64,000 nucleotides of DNA from Spirochaetota bacterium (GTDB lineage Bacteria; Spirochaetota; UBA4802; UBA5550). The position numbers and the translations under genes are program-made. Where the stretch lies: positions 14,809 to 78,808 of the forward strand of contig JBNKTL010000024.1 of NCBI GenBank assembly GCA_050298055.1, read 5' to 3'. Each line of letters starts with the position of its first letter. Position 1 is the stretch's first letter. Shown piece by piece: positions 1-8,869 of the stretch. A model generated the notes under the pieces. The model did not search any database. It was not told the origin of the DNA and worked only from the letters and a program-made list of their open reading frames with translations.

Positions 1-1
1 G

Positions 2-688
2 ATGGATAGTGTATATATAATCTCTCTTGGTTCAGCGTTCTGGCTTGGTATTATCACTTCAATAAGCCCGTGTTCTCTTGCCACAAACATTGCTGCTGTT
101 TCATATATCGGAAAGAATATTGAAGCAAAGACAACATCGGTTCTTTCAGGCATATTTTACGCTGCTGGAAGAGTCATCGTTTACATGTGCATTTCTTTCA
201 TAGTTGTTGAAACTTTTGACCGAGTGCCGGCTTTATCAATGTTTCTTCAGACCAAAGTTAATCTTGTTCTCGGCCCCCTGCTCATCCTGACCGGCCTGAT
301 ACTGCTGAATGTAATCAAACTGAGCTTTGGAGGTAATAACCATTCGGAGAAGGCTGAAAAGTTAACAAGAAAGGCTCCTCTGCTGGGTTCTGTGTTTATC
401 GGTGCTCTTTTCGCACTGGCTTTCTGTCCTGTTTCAGCTGCTCTCTTTTTCGGAAGCATGCTCCCCATTGCGGTGAAGCATAAATCAACTATTATTATTC
501 CTTCTCTCTATGGATTGGGTACGGCCCTCCCAGTTGTTGCTTTTGCTGTTTTAATAGCTAACGGAGCGAATTATCTCGGCAGTGTCTTCAACAAATTAAC
601 ACAGATAGAACTTTGGGTAAGAAGGGGCACAGGAATTATCTTTATTGGTGTGGGTGTATATTTAACCCTTGTATTTTTAATAATATAA
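2..688 (+). CDS. CcdA/DsbD-like (ArsG-like) membrane protein
   Basis: About 6 TM helices with the paired Cys motifs SISPC and AFCP typical of the CcdA/ArsG family. Confidence 0.75.
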   Translation: MDSVYIISLGSAFWLGIITSISPCSLATNIAAVSYIGKNIEAKTTSVLSGIFYAAGRVIVYMCISFIVVETFDRVPALSMFLQTKVNLVLGPLLILTGLILLNVIKLSFGGNNHSEKAEKLTRKAPLLGSVFIGALFALAFCPVSAALFFGSMLPIAVKHKSTIIIPSLYGLGTALPVVAFAVLIANGANYLGSVFNKLTQIELWVRRGTGIIFIGVGVYLTLVFLII

Positions 689-1219
689 AGTTCTGTTAGG
701 TTAATTTATATTGGAAAGCACGGGTATCCTTAAAAGATGAAATTATAGAAATTGTCAACAGTCATTCTCATACACCCCCTTCGGGGGCAAAAAGAGGAGT
801 TATTTTATACTACTTCATTAGTGTATGGATAAATAAATCCTTTACAAAATAAATAATCCCTCTATTTATGGAAGGAACTAAACGGAATGTCAGGTTACCG
901 GGATATCGCGGGTTGTCTTTTTAAATATTTCCATGCGCTTCATATGGCTATCAAAGCCCTGTTGCCCTCGGTTCTTAATAATGATATTGCTCAGGTTGAT
1001 CCTCTTTTTTCTAATATCTGGTTAAAAAACAAATGGTGGTTTCGCATTGGATATTCAATGATTGCAATAGGTCTCATTCTTCTCTTAATGGCATATATCC
1101 GCATCATCATTCCCTGATCTCTGTTTTGAGAGTCTGTAAATGGAAAAATCATACTGTCTTAACTCCCCGACAACTGCAGGGATTTTTTCTCCGGGGCCCG
1201 GGCCCGTAAGAGTGTTAGT

Positions 1220-1846
1220 ATGAAAATAAGAAATAAAATAAGAATATCAATTTTATTAACTATTATACTCTTATATCTCATTATCATCTTATTCCCCCGG
1301 GGAAAAAATAAAAAGATAGATGATACAGGCTTTTATGATGTATATAAAATTTATGATTATATACTTGTAGCGTCAATACAGGGCTCAGGTGAATATGTTT
1401 ATCTGCAACTTTTTACAGAAGAAATTTTTAATAAAAACAAATTAAGTTTTAAAGATCACTATCCCTCTAATGAATATATGGATAAATATAATTTATTTTT
1501 AAAATTATCAAAACCCGTGTTATATTCCTATCCTGAAGGAAATTATTTAATCGGAGATTATGATTTTGACGGGGAAATTGAGATTACTACATTTCCCAAT
1601 GAGTTCTGGAAAGGTTTTAAAAATTTTCAGCCTGTTCAGGTAAACAGACAGGGTGCTGTTACTGTTGAAAACAATAAAATGACATTATTAATATTGAAAG
1701 TCTTCTCTTTTTTCTCAAGTATTTTTACAGTAATGATTTTTTTCTTTCTCATGACTCTTATAATATTTTCTTATATACTTGAATATTTTATTAAATATAT
1801 TTTTTGGATTTATAGAAATCGAATAAGGAGATTTCCCGGCATTTAA
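1220..1846 (+). CDS. Hypothetical membrane protein
   Basis: 208 aa ORF, hydrophobic N- and C-terminal segments, AT-rich. Confidence 0.6.
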   Translation: MKIRNKIRISILLTIILLYLIIILFPRGKNKKIDDTGFYDVYKIYDYILVASIQGSGEYVYLQLFTEEIFNKNKLSFKDHYPSNEYMDKYNLFLKLSKPVLYSYPEGNYLIGDYDFDGEIEITTFPNEFWKGFKNFQPVQVNRQGAVTVENNKMTLLILKVFSFFSSIFTVMIFFFLMTLIIFSYILEYFIKYIFWIYRNRIRRFPGI

Positions 1847-2044
1847 AGAACTGTCACCTGTAAGGTTCTCTCCCTTTTCCGCAGCAGGTTTTTTGCGGGT
1901 TTCACCCGAAAGGGATTTGTCCGGGGGGCCTGGAGTGGGAAGAGTACCAAGGGATGTCAGTGCGGATAAATTTCATTTTATCTTCCAATTTAAGCGAAAT
2001 TATTCGATCTGTATTTTGCATCTATTTCAGGAGAAAAATAAAAA

Positions 2045-2563
2045 ATGAGTTACATTATGGTCGATGTGGAAGCAGACGGCCCCATACCCGGGGATTATTC
2101 CATGATCTCTCTGGGGGCTATCGTCGTTGATGAACAGCTGGATAAAACCTTTTACGGTAAATTGAAACCGGTATCGGATAATTATATTACCGATGCCCTC
2201 AAAGTAAGCGGATTCAGTCGTGAAGAAACCCTGGCATTTGATGATCCCCTTAAGGTTATGGATGATTTCAGGCAATGGCTGAAAAGAAATTCAAAAGGTA
2301 AGCCGATCTTTATCTCTGATAATAATGGGTTCGACTGGATGTTCGTATGCTGGTATTTTCACCATTTTATTCATGAAAATCCCTTTGGATTCAGTTCAAC
2401 TAATTTAGGTTCGCTCTATAAAGGCGTGATAAGGGACACATTCAAAAACTTTAAACATTTTCGCAGGACAAAGCATACCCACAACCCGGTGGATGATGCC
2501 AGGGGAAATGCCGAGGCGTTGCTTCATATTAAAAAGAAATATAACCTGAAGATTAAACTGTAG
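2045..2563 (+). CDS. DEDDh 3'-5' exonuclease (RNase AS-like)
   Basis: ExoI VDVEADGP, ExoII DNNGFDWMF, ExoIII HNPVDDA; RBS aggag upstream. Confidence 0.8.
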   Translation: MSYIMVDVEADGPIPGDYSMISLGAIVVDEQLDKTFYGKLKPVSDNYITDALKVSGFSREETLAFDDPLKVMDDFRQWLKRNSKGKPIFISDNNGFDWMFVCWYFHHFIHENPFGFSSTNLGSLYKGVIRDTFKNFKHFRRTKHTHNPVDDARGNAEALLHIKKKYNLKIKL

Positions 2564-2770
2564 ATTATTAATCTAGCTGATACCGCACTATCTGCAACAC
2601 TTCCCGTTCTTACTACATCCACTTTCCGGGAGACAGTGGACAGTAACCAGCCAATTATCCTGATAGTGAAATTCAAAATTTAGTTGCAAAAACAGTTTTT
2701 GTACATTAAATAGTCAAGGTAAACACTGTATCTGCTGCGGTATTTAAAAAATTGTCAGGTATATCGAAAT

Positions 2771-3166
2771 ATGCAAAATAATATTATTCTCCTTCTCGTC
2801 TCTTTACTTCTCGCAAACTCCGGCAGTCAATGGAATAATGACTTTACCGCAGGGAAGATCAACAGGGACACCATAGTAAAAAAAATCCCTATAGGTTCGG
2901 AATACCCTGTTCTTCTCTCATATATTAAAAACAATAAAATCCCGAAATACTCAGAAAGGCAAAAATACGGATATAGTGAAAAAGTTTATTCAAAGGAATT
3001 TGTCTTTAACATTCAAACAGCTGTTAAAAATAAGACAAGTTATGTTGTAGAGCTTCACGGGCATCATGATTATCGCGAACCTTACCGTTACTATCATCCC
3101 GTACTCTATTTTTGCTATGATAAAAATGACAAGTTAATTTATATTGGTGAGCACGGGTATCCATAA
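2771..3166 (+). CDS. Hypothetical exported protein
   Basis: 131 aa with an N-terminal signal-like hydrophobic stretch. Confidence 0.55.
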   Translation: MQNNIILLLVSLLLANSGSQWNNDFTAGKINRDTIVKKIPIGSEYPVLLSYIKNNKIPKYSERQKYGYSEKVYSKEFVFNIQTAVKNKTSYVVELHGHHDYREPYRYYHPVLYFCYDKNDKLIYIGEHGYP

Positions 3167-3247
3167 AAGCCTGCAAACTTTTACAAACCGGTTTCGCTGC
3201 TCCGCTCTTTCACATTTTAACAGTTATGAAAGGTAAAGATAAAAGAG

Positions 3248-3616
3248 ATGTTCAAAAATATACAGGATGAGATCAGGAAAATATGCAGTGAGGATCTCTA
3301 TGAGATCGGATTTGCCTCATTACGGGGATTACTGGAACCCCAATGGAACAGGTACGGGTTCGGAATATCACTGGCAAGAAAACTTGATGATTCAATTATT
3401 GACGGTATTGGGGATGGCCCTACCCGGGAATATTATGATCACTATCACCGGGTGAATGATGAATTAAATCAAAAAGGGGAGGAAATAGTAAAGCTTCTCG
3501 GTGAATATGATATTAAAGCTGTATCGGTTAAATCCACAGTGAAAGATCATGAGCTTGATGACGATTATAGTAAAACACTGCGGTATTTGCGTCTCTGTCT
3601 GCCCCGGGGGGAGTGA
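3248..3616 (+). pseudogene. Truncated QueG-like / 4Fe-4S protein (N-terminal half only)
   Basis: IGFA..GIS..GPTREYYDHY..N..L matches the N-terminus of this family; it stops before the expected SHK..AGLGW and CxxCxxC motifs. Confidence 0.6.
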
Positions 3617-3637
3617 ATGAAATATTTAAAAACATTA

Positions 3638-3666
3638 TTGACATTTAATTATTTAGTAATTATATT
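3638..3666 (+). promoter_or_regulatory. Sigma70-type promoter of the brnTA pair
   Basis: TTGACA-17 nt-TATATT just upstream of ATG 3676. Confidence 0.55.
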
Positions 3667-3675
3667 ATAATTATT

Positions 3676-3950
3676 ATGTCTGTGGAATTTTTATGGGATG
3701 AAAAAAAGAACCGGTCGAATATTGCCAAACATAAAATATCATTTGATGAAGCTGAATCTGTTTTCTCCGATGATTATGTGTGTGTAATATTTGATCCTGA
3801 TCATTGATTATTATTCTCGGGTTGAGTAAATTTACGACCATCTTGATTGTTGTGCATTGTTATAGGGAGAATAATTCAATAATGAGATTAATATCCGTCC
3901 GAAAAGCAACCAAGAATGAAAGAAATCAATATCTGGGTTATTTAAAATGA
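3676..3950 (+). pseudogene. brnT: BrnT-family toxin, frameshifted
   Basis: Manual translation: MSVEFLWDEKKNRSNIAKHKISFDEAESVF..DPDH* (TGA 3805-3807), then in another frame IIILGLSKFTTILIVVHCYRE..RLISVRKATKNERNQY; ATGA overlap with the antitoxin. Confidence 0.85.
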
Positions 3951-4162
3951 GAAAAGAATATGATTTTTCCAAATCAAAAAAGAATCCATATTCAAAGAAG
4001 TTAAAAAAGCAGATTACTATCAGGATTGACGAGGGAACCATAGACTATTTTAAAAATCTCTCCGAAGATACGGGTATTCCTTATCAAAATCTCATAAATC
4101 TCTATTTAACCGACTGTGCCATGCAGAATAAAAAATTAAAAATGAATTGGGGAAAAAAATAG
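3947..4162 (+). CDS. brnA: BrnA-family antitoxin
   Basis: MRKEYDFS..NPY..KKQITIRID..IDYFK..GIPYQNLINLYL ribbon-helix-helix signature. Confidence 0.9.
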   Translation: MRKEYDFSKSKKNPYSKKLKKQITIRIDEGTIDYFKNLSEDTGIPYQNLINLYLTDCAMQNKKLKMNWGKK

Positions 4163-4208
4163 TCAAAACTACACCTGATAAGCTTTCTGAATAAAATGGA
4201 GAACAATT

Positions 4209-4541
4209 ATGGAAGAACTGCTGAAAAAAGCCAATGAACTGGGAAGGATGCTCAAAGAGACAGAGGTCTGCTCGCAGTATGAGAAACTCTCCGCGGACCT
4301 GGAGGCTGACCGGGACTCAAAAGGGCTCCTGGATGAGTACCTGGATCTCTTCGAAAAGATGCACAAAAAGGAGATGAGCGGAGGGGTTATCGAGGTCCAT
4401 GAAAAGGAGAAGCTCGCGGAGGTCCAGACACGTGTCTCTGAAAACCCTCTTATTGTGGAATATATCGATGCCAAGAACAGGTATGTGACCCTCCTCATGG
4501 AGATACAGAAGGCCGTCAGCGGCGAAGATCTCTCAATATAA
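4209..4541 (+). CDS. YlbF/RicAF-like regulator
   Basis: 110 aa helical protein, KA.ELG..L.E..NP.I.EY.DA pattern. Confidence 0.7.
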   Translation: MEELLKKANELGRMLKETEVCSQYEKLSADLEADRDSKGLLDEYLDLFEKMHKKEMSGGVIEVHEKEKLAEVQTRVSENPLIVEYIDAKNRYVTLLMEIQKAVSGEDLSI

Positions 4542-4646
4542 CCTGCCAATAATAATTAACCGTGAATAAAAACTTGACTTATACTCTCTATTCGGGTAAA
4601 GTCGTGATAATAGTTTTGTCAATATTGATGATAAAGGGATAAAATA

Positions 4647-5174
4647 ATGCAACCAGATCTGGATAACATTAAGAAGAAAGTTGAGGAGAGCAGGGACCTG
4701 ATCGATAAGATCTCCACAAAGATCCCCGGTTTCAGCAGCATGGTTGAGCAGGCCGAAAGTTATGCCGCTGACCAGGTTGTGAGGGATTTTATGGCCGATA
4801 AGGTCCAGGGCCTCAAGGGAGAGCTGGGCGAAGTTTCCGGCCGTTTTTCCCGGGAGAAGGTATACGACCTTATGACCGACCTGGACTCTCTTAATATTAA
4901 TTTTGAGAAGCTTTACAAAAAGACAAAATTCGCCGATTACGCGTCTTCCGCGTCCGCATCGGGTCTCAAGGTGAGCGATAAGGACAAGGAGAGGCTCCTT
5001 GAGTATGACTGGAGGCTCATTGCCGGCCTTGACGAATTTGACGATGCAATGGGGCGCCTGAAGGGGGCCTCCCGGGAAGATGCTCCGGCTATCCTCAATG
5101 AAATCAGGAGTAAGATAAGTGATTTCGAAAAATCTTTCGATGAAAGAAAAAATGCAATTATGGAGGTACTTTAA
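4647..5174 (+). CDS. Conserved helical hypothetical protein, first gene of SPFH operon
   Basis: KIPGF..AD..R..ADY..LLEYD pattern; stop codon abuts the next ATG. Confidence 0.7.
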   Translation: MQPDLDNIKKKVEESRDLIDKISTKIPGFSSMVEQAESYAADQVVRDFMADKVQGLKGELGEVSGRFSREKVYDLMTDLDSLNINFEKLYKKTKFADYASSASASGLKVSDKDKERLLEYDWRLIAGLDEFDDAMGRLKGASREDAPAILNEIRSKISDFEKSFDERKNAIMEVL

Positions 5175-6302
5175 ATGGCTTTGCTTGATGTTGTAAAATG
5201 GGACAATGCTCCCGGTGAAGTAATATTCAGGTTCAGGGAGGGGGAGATTGCCATCGGGTCACAGCTGATCGTCAAGGAAGGCCAGCAGGCGATATTCTTC
5301 AAGGAGGGACAGGCCCTTGACGCCTTCGGCGCCGGAAGGCACACCCTGAAGACCGGAAATATTCCCATTCTGGAAAAACTGATAAACCTTCCTTTCGGCG
5401 GAAGTTCTCCTTTTCCCGCGGAGGTTTACTTTATCAATACAACGGAAATCCCCAACCTGAAGTGGGGCACAAAACAGCCTTTTAAGATCATGGACCCTGA
5501 GTTCAGGCTCGCGGTCCCCATGAGGGCGTTCGGGTCCTACGCAATACGTATTACCGACCTGAAGCAGTTTGTGATACAGGCTTCCGGGACCTGGCAGGCC
5601 TTTGATACCGATTCAATCGGTTCCGCCATGAGGGACCAGATCATCGTTCCCAAGATCCAGGACCTCATAAGCGAGTACCTGAAGCAGGAGAAGACCACGG
5701 CCCTGGATGCCACAACCTACCTGGATGAGATAAGCGCCGCGGCGAAGGGGAAAATGGGCGAGGATTTTGCCAGCTACGGTATCGAGCTTGTCCGTTTCGC
5801 CATCGAATCCATAAATGTTCCCGATGAGGACCCCAACGTCCAGAGGCTCCAGAAGGCCCTGGCGGACAAGGCCGAGATGAACATCATGGGCGAGGACTAT
5901 AAAACAAAGAGGACCTTTGACACCATGGAGAAGGCCGCTGAAAATGAAGGTATGGCCGGCGGCATGGTGGGTGCCGGAATGGGCATGGGTATGGGCCAGC
6001 AGATGGGCCAGATGATGGGCGGCATGACGCAGAACGTCGCGGGAGGCCAGCAGCAGGCACAGGGGATGACCTGTCCCCACTGTAATGTCGCCAACCCCGC
6101 GGGGGGGAAGTTCTGCTCCTCATGCGGGAAGGAGATGGTTGTCCAGCAGGCGGCGTGCCCCGCGTGTAATGAAGCAATTCCGGCCAACTCCAAGTTCTGT
6201 CCAAAGTGCGGCGCGAACCTTGAGGGTTCCAGCTGCAAGAAGTGTAATGCCAGGCTTGCCCCGGGAGCGAAGTTCTGCCCCGAATGCGGCGAAGCGCAGT
6301 AG
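5175..6302 (+). CDS. SPFH/Band-7-like protein with C-terminal zinc ribbons
   Basis: GSQLIVKEGQ.AIFF..G.HTL.T.NIP and KWGT motifs, G/M-rich linker, three CxxC..KFCxxCG repeats. Confidence 0.9.
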   Translation: MALLDVVKWDNAPGEVIFRFREGEIAIGSQLIVKEGQQAIFFKEGQALDAFGAGRHTLKTGNIPILEKLINLPFGGSSPFPAEVYFINTTEIPNLKWGTKQPFKIMDPEFRLAVPMRAFGSYAIRITDLKQFVIQASGTWQAFDTDSIGSAMRDQIIVPKIQDLISEYLKQEKTTALDATTYLDEISAAAKGKMGEDFASYGIELVRFAIESINVPDEDPNVQRLQKALADKAEMNIMGEDYKTKRTFDTMEKAAENEGMAGGMVGAGMGMGMGQQMGQMMGGMTQNVAGGQQQAQGMTCPHCNVANPAGGKFCSSCGKEMVVQQAACPACNEAIPANSKFCPKCGANLEGSSCKKCNARLAPGAKFCPECGEAQ

Positions 6303-6317
6303 AGAGGGTTTCCGGAT

Positions 6318-6920
6318 ATGTCTTCAATGAACTGTACATCCTGCGGCGCGCCCCTGGAAATAGAGAACAGGTTCAGCAAGGTCCTGGTCTGCGGTTATTG
6401 CGGGACGCACCTGAAGGTTTCGGGAGACAGCCTGGATATATCAGGCAAGCACCCCAAGCTTGCTGAATTTCCTTCGATCTTCAGTGTGGGTACAACAGGG
6501 ACAATCCTGGGCAAACCCTTCAAGGCCCTGGGAAGAATGAGATACAAAACCGAAGATTCTTATTATGATGAATGGTTTCTCGATTATGACGGGGATACCG
6601 CGTGGTTCGTTGAGGATGAGGGGACCTACTCCATCTTCTTCGAGATGTTTGAGGCGGCGGACCTCCCTGACCCTGAGACCATCAGGGCCGGGCAGAATAT
6701 CGAGGTTGGCGGCAGGAGGGTGATGATCAAGGAGAAGGGAGTATCGGTTATTGAGGGAGGAGAGGGAGAACTCTCCTACTACCAGGAACCGGGGACCCGG
6801 GTGACCTATATTGATGGTGTTGCCGAGGGAAAGAAGATATCCATAGAGACCACCGAAGATGAGGTGGAGATCTTTACGGGAAGGCCGCTTATGAAAAGGG
6901 ACATTGTGGTGGGGGGATAA
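6318..6920 (+). CDS. Zn-ribbon + DUF4178-like protein
   Basis: CTSCGAP..CGYCG followed by GRMRY..DEWFL..W..EDEG..GEGEL. Confidence 0.8.
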   Translation: MSSMNCTSCGAPLEIENRFSKVLVCGYCGTHLKVSGDSLDISGKHPKLAEFPSIFSVGTTGTILGKPFKALGRMRYKTEDSYYDEWFLDYDGDTAWFVEDEGTYSIFFEMFEAADLPDPETIRAGQNIEVGGRRVMIKEKGVSVIEGGEGELSYYQEPGTRVTYIDGVAEGKKISIETTEDEVEIFTGRPLMKRDIVVGG

Positions 6921-6926
6921 GGACCC

Positions 6927-8312
6927 ATGGGTGAGAACGAAAAGCTGGATGCCATGAAATGCACGGCCTGCGGCGGGGACATCGTCAAGGCCTACAGGAG
7001 CGTTGACGAGGACGAGGAGGTCCCGGTCGCCCGGTGTGTCTCCTGCGGTAACGAGTATGACCAGTACTCCGAAGAGTATTACCGTTTCTTTGCCGATGAC
7101 TTTACCTATGACACCGGGAACTCTGTCCTGAAACTGGGACTGAAGGGCGCCCTGGAGGGTGTGGAATACGAAATTATCGGCCGTATCAGGATGCAGGAGG
7201 AAGATGAGTCTGAAAAGACCACCTGGGACGAGTGGTTCGCCGTGTCAGGCGACGGGGGCTACCACTTCTTCGTTGAGGAGGAGGGTGAGATCAGTTCCTA
7301 CGAGGAGTATGTCCCCGAGTCAATAAACATGGAGACCGGTGATGATTATATCGAGTTCGAAGGGAAAAAGATAGACAGGGACGAGGCCTATATCGGCCGC
7401 GTTGTCTTCTTTGAAGGTGAACTCCCCTGGGAGCCGGAAATAGGCGAAGCAATAACCTGTTACGATTTTAAGAAGGACGGAGATAAATATACCATAGAAC
7501 AGTCGGAGAACGAGGTCTCCATTACAAAGGGTGACAGGCTCTCCTATAAGGACATTATTGCCGCCTTCGGTAAAGAGGAAGACAAAATCCTCTATGATAA
7601 TACCATGAGGATGAGGAGTGAATATAAGAAAAAATCTTATGTCTACCTCCTGGGATTTCTCCTTGCGCTGGCTTTTTCCATTTACAGCTGCGGTCAGAGC
7701 AAAGCGGTACCCGGGCTCATGAAGAGCAGGCGGGTCCTGACGGATAACCAGCTGATGGTTGAGAAGACCTCCCGGAGTTTTTTCAGCCAGGTCCTCTACG
7801 GTCCGGTTGAAATCCCCGGAGGTGATAATCTCTACGAGGCGTACCTGAGGGTTAATGAAGGTATCCAGAGGTTTCACCTTGAGTGGCAGTCTTTCAGGTT
7901 CATGATGGTGAGCGAAGAAAGGCTCAACAAGGTCCTGGGCGGCAGCAGCGATCCCGCGCTCTTAAAGTCGCTTTTCAGCGAGATCGACGCGCAGAAGGAG
8001 CCGGTGGAATCGTATGTTGTGACCGGTGATTTCTGGGACGAGCAGGGGCGTGACAGCGACGGCGCGTGGCATGAGAGCGATCTGAACGTGTCCGCGGATT
8101 TTATTCTGGATGAGCCGGGGAACTATTACGGCTATCTTGAACTCTACAGCAATAAAAGAAGGAAGATAGAGTCTGTGATCGTATCTCTTTCCACAGTAAA
8201 GAGCGTACGGTACCTGGTGGTGGTCATGGTGCTCATGGGTGTCCTGATGATCGTAAACAGGGCAAAAGCAAAGAGTTATAACGAGCTTCCCTTTGAGATG
8301 GCAGATGAGTAA
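6927..8312 (+). CDS. Zn-ribbon + DUF4178-like membrane protein
   Basis: CTACGG..CVSCG, GR..WDEWF..EGELPW; two TM segments around an extracytoplasmic domain (EQGRDSDGAWHE). Confidence 0.8.
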   Translation: MGENEKLDAMKCTACGGDIVKAYRSVDEDEEVPVARCVSCGNEYDQYSEEYYRFFADDFTYDTGNSVLKLGLKGALEGVEYEIIGRIRMQEEDESEKTTWDEWFAVSGDGGYHFFVEEEGEISSYEEYVPESINMETGDDYIEFEGKKIDRDEAYIGRVVFFEGELPWEPEIGEAITCYDFKKDGDKYTIEQSENEVSITKGDRLSYKDIIAAFGKEEDKILYDNTMRMRSEYKKKSYVYLLGFLLALAFSIYSCGQSKAVPGLMKSRRVLTDNQLMVEKTSRSFFSQVLYGPVEIPGGDNLYEAYLRVNEGIQRFHLEWQSFRFMMVSEERLNKVLGGSSDPALLKSLFSEIDAQKEPVESYVVTGDFWDEQGRDSDGAWHESDLNVSADFILDEPGNYYGYLELYSNKRRKIESVIVSLSTVKSVRYLVVVMVLMGVLMIVNRAKAKSYNELPFEMADE

Positions 8313-8326
8313 CGGGGTGATGAGTA

Positions 8327-8512
8327 ATGATTAAAAGCATAGTTGTTGTACTTGTACTGCTGGGGTCGGGATTTGCCGCTTCGCATTTCTATTTAGGCTA
8401 TCCCCGGGCCGGGAAAAAATATATATCCAAACACAGGGAAGAGAGGAAGTCTCTACGCCACGGAAGCGGCATCTACTATATGGGCAGCCGCGGATTCAGG
8501 GGAGGAAAGTAA
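8327..8512 (+). CDS. Small membrane-anchored protein with basic tail ending RGFRGGK
   Basis: 61 aa, one hydrophobic N-terminal segment, lies within the operon. Confidence 0.7.
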   Translation: MIKSIVVVLVLLGSGFAASHFYLGYPRAGKKYISKHREERKSLRHGSGIYYMGSRGFRGGK

Positions 8513-8593
8513 GAAATTCTTTTATTTTTGAAAACGAAGACGTAATACTGAATTATTTTTATAAAAGTAACTATCAAGGAGGTTTACTGACAT

Positions 8594-8869
8594 ATGGATT
8601 TGAGTAATCTACTCTACGGAATAATAGACACTGCAATCTATTCCCTGGTGGGGATAATAATGATGGGACTGGGGTTTCTGTTGATTAATTTTTTTACGCC
8701 TTTTTCTGTGAAGAAGGAGATCGAGGATGACCAGAACACGTCCCTGGGGATCATTATCGGTTCGGTTATTATCGGGATATCAATAATAATCGCTGCTGTT
8801 GTCAGCTCCCCCTCAAGCACTTCGGGAAAGACCGCGGCTCCGAAAACAGAGATGAAAACCGATAAATAG
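8594..8869 (+). CDS. DUF350 small membrane protein
   Basis: Two TM helices flanking TPF.VKKEIEDDQN.SLGI; RBS aggagg. Confidence 0.85.
   Translation: MDLSNLLYGIIDTAIYSLVGIIMMGLGFLLINFFTPFSVKKEIEDDQNTSLGIIIGSVIIGISIIIAAVVSSPSSTSGKTAAPKTEMKTDK

Noticed and set aside
887..1117. 76-aa ORF
   Set aside because: No recognisable family; probably a gene remnant, cannot be supported
3160..3230. attC-like site (CCATAAA..GTTATG) suggesting integron cassettes in the first 4 kb
   Set aside because: Inverse core lacks AAC, inner L boxes do not pair convincingly, other junctions lack it, no intI
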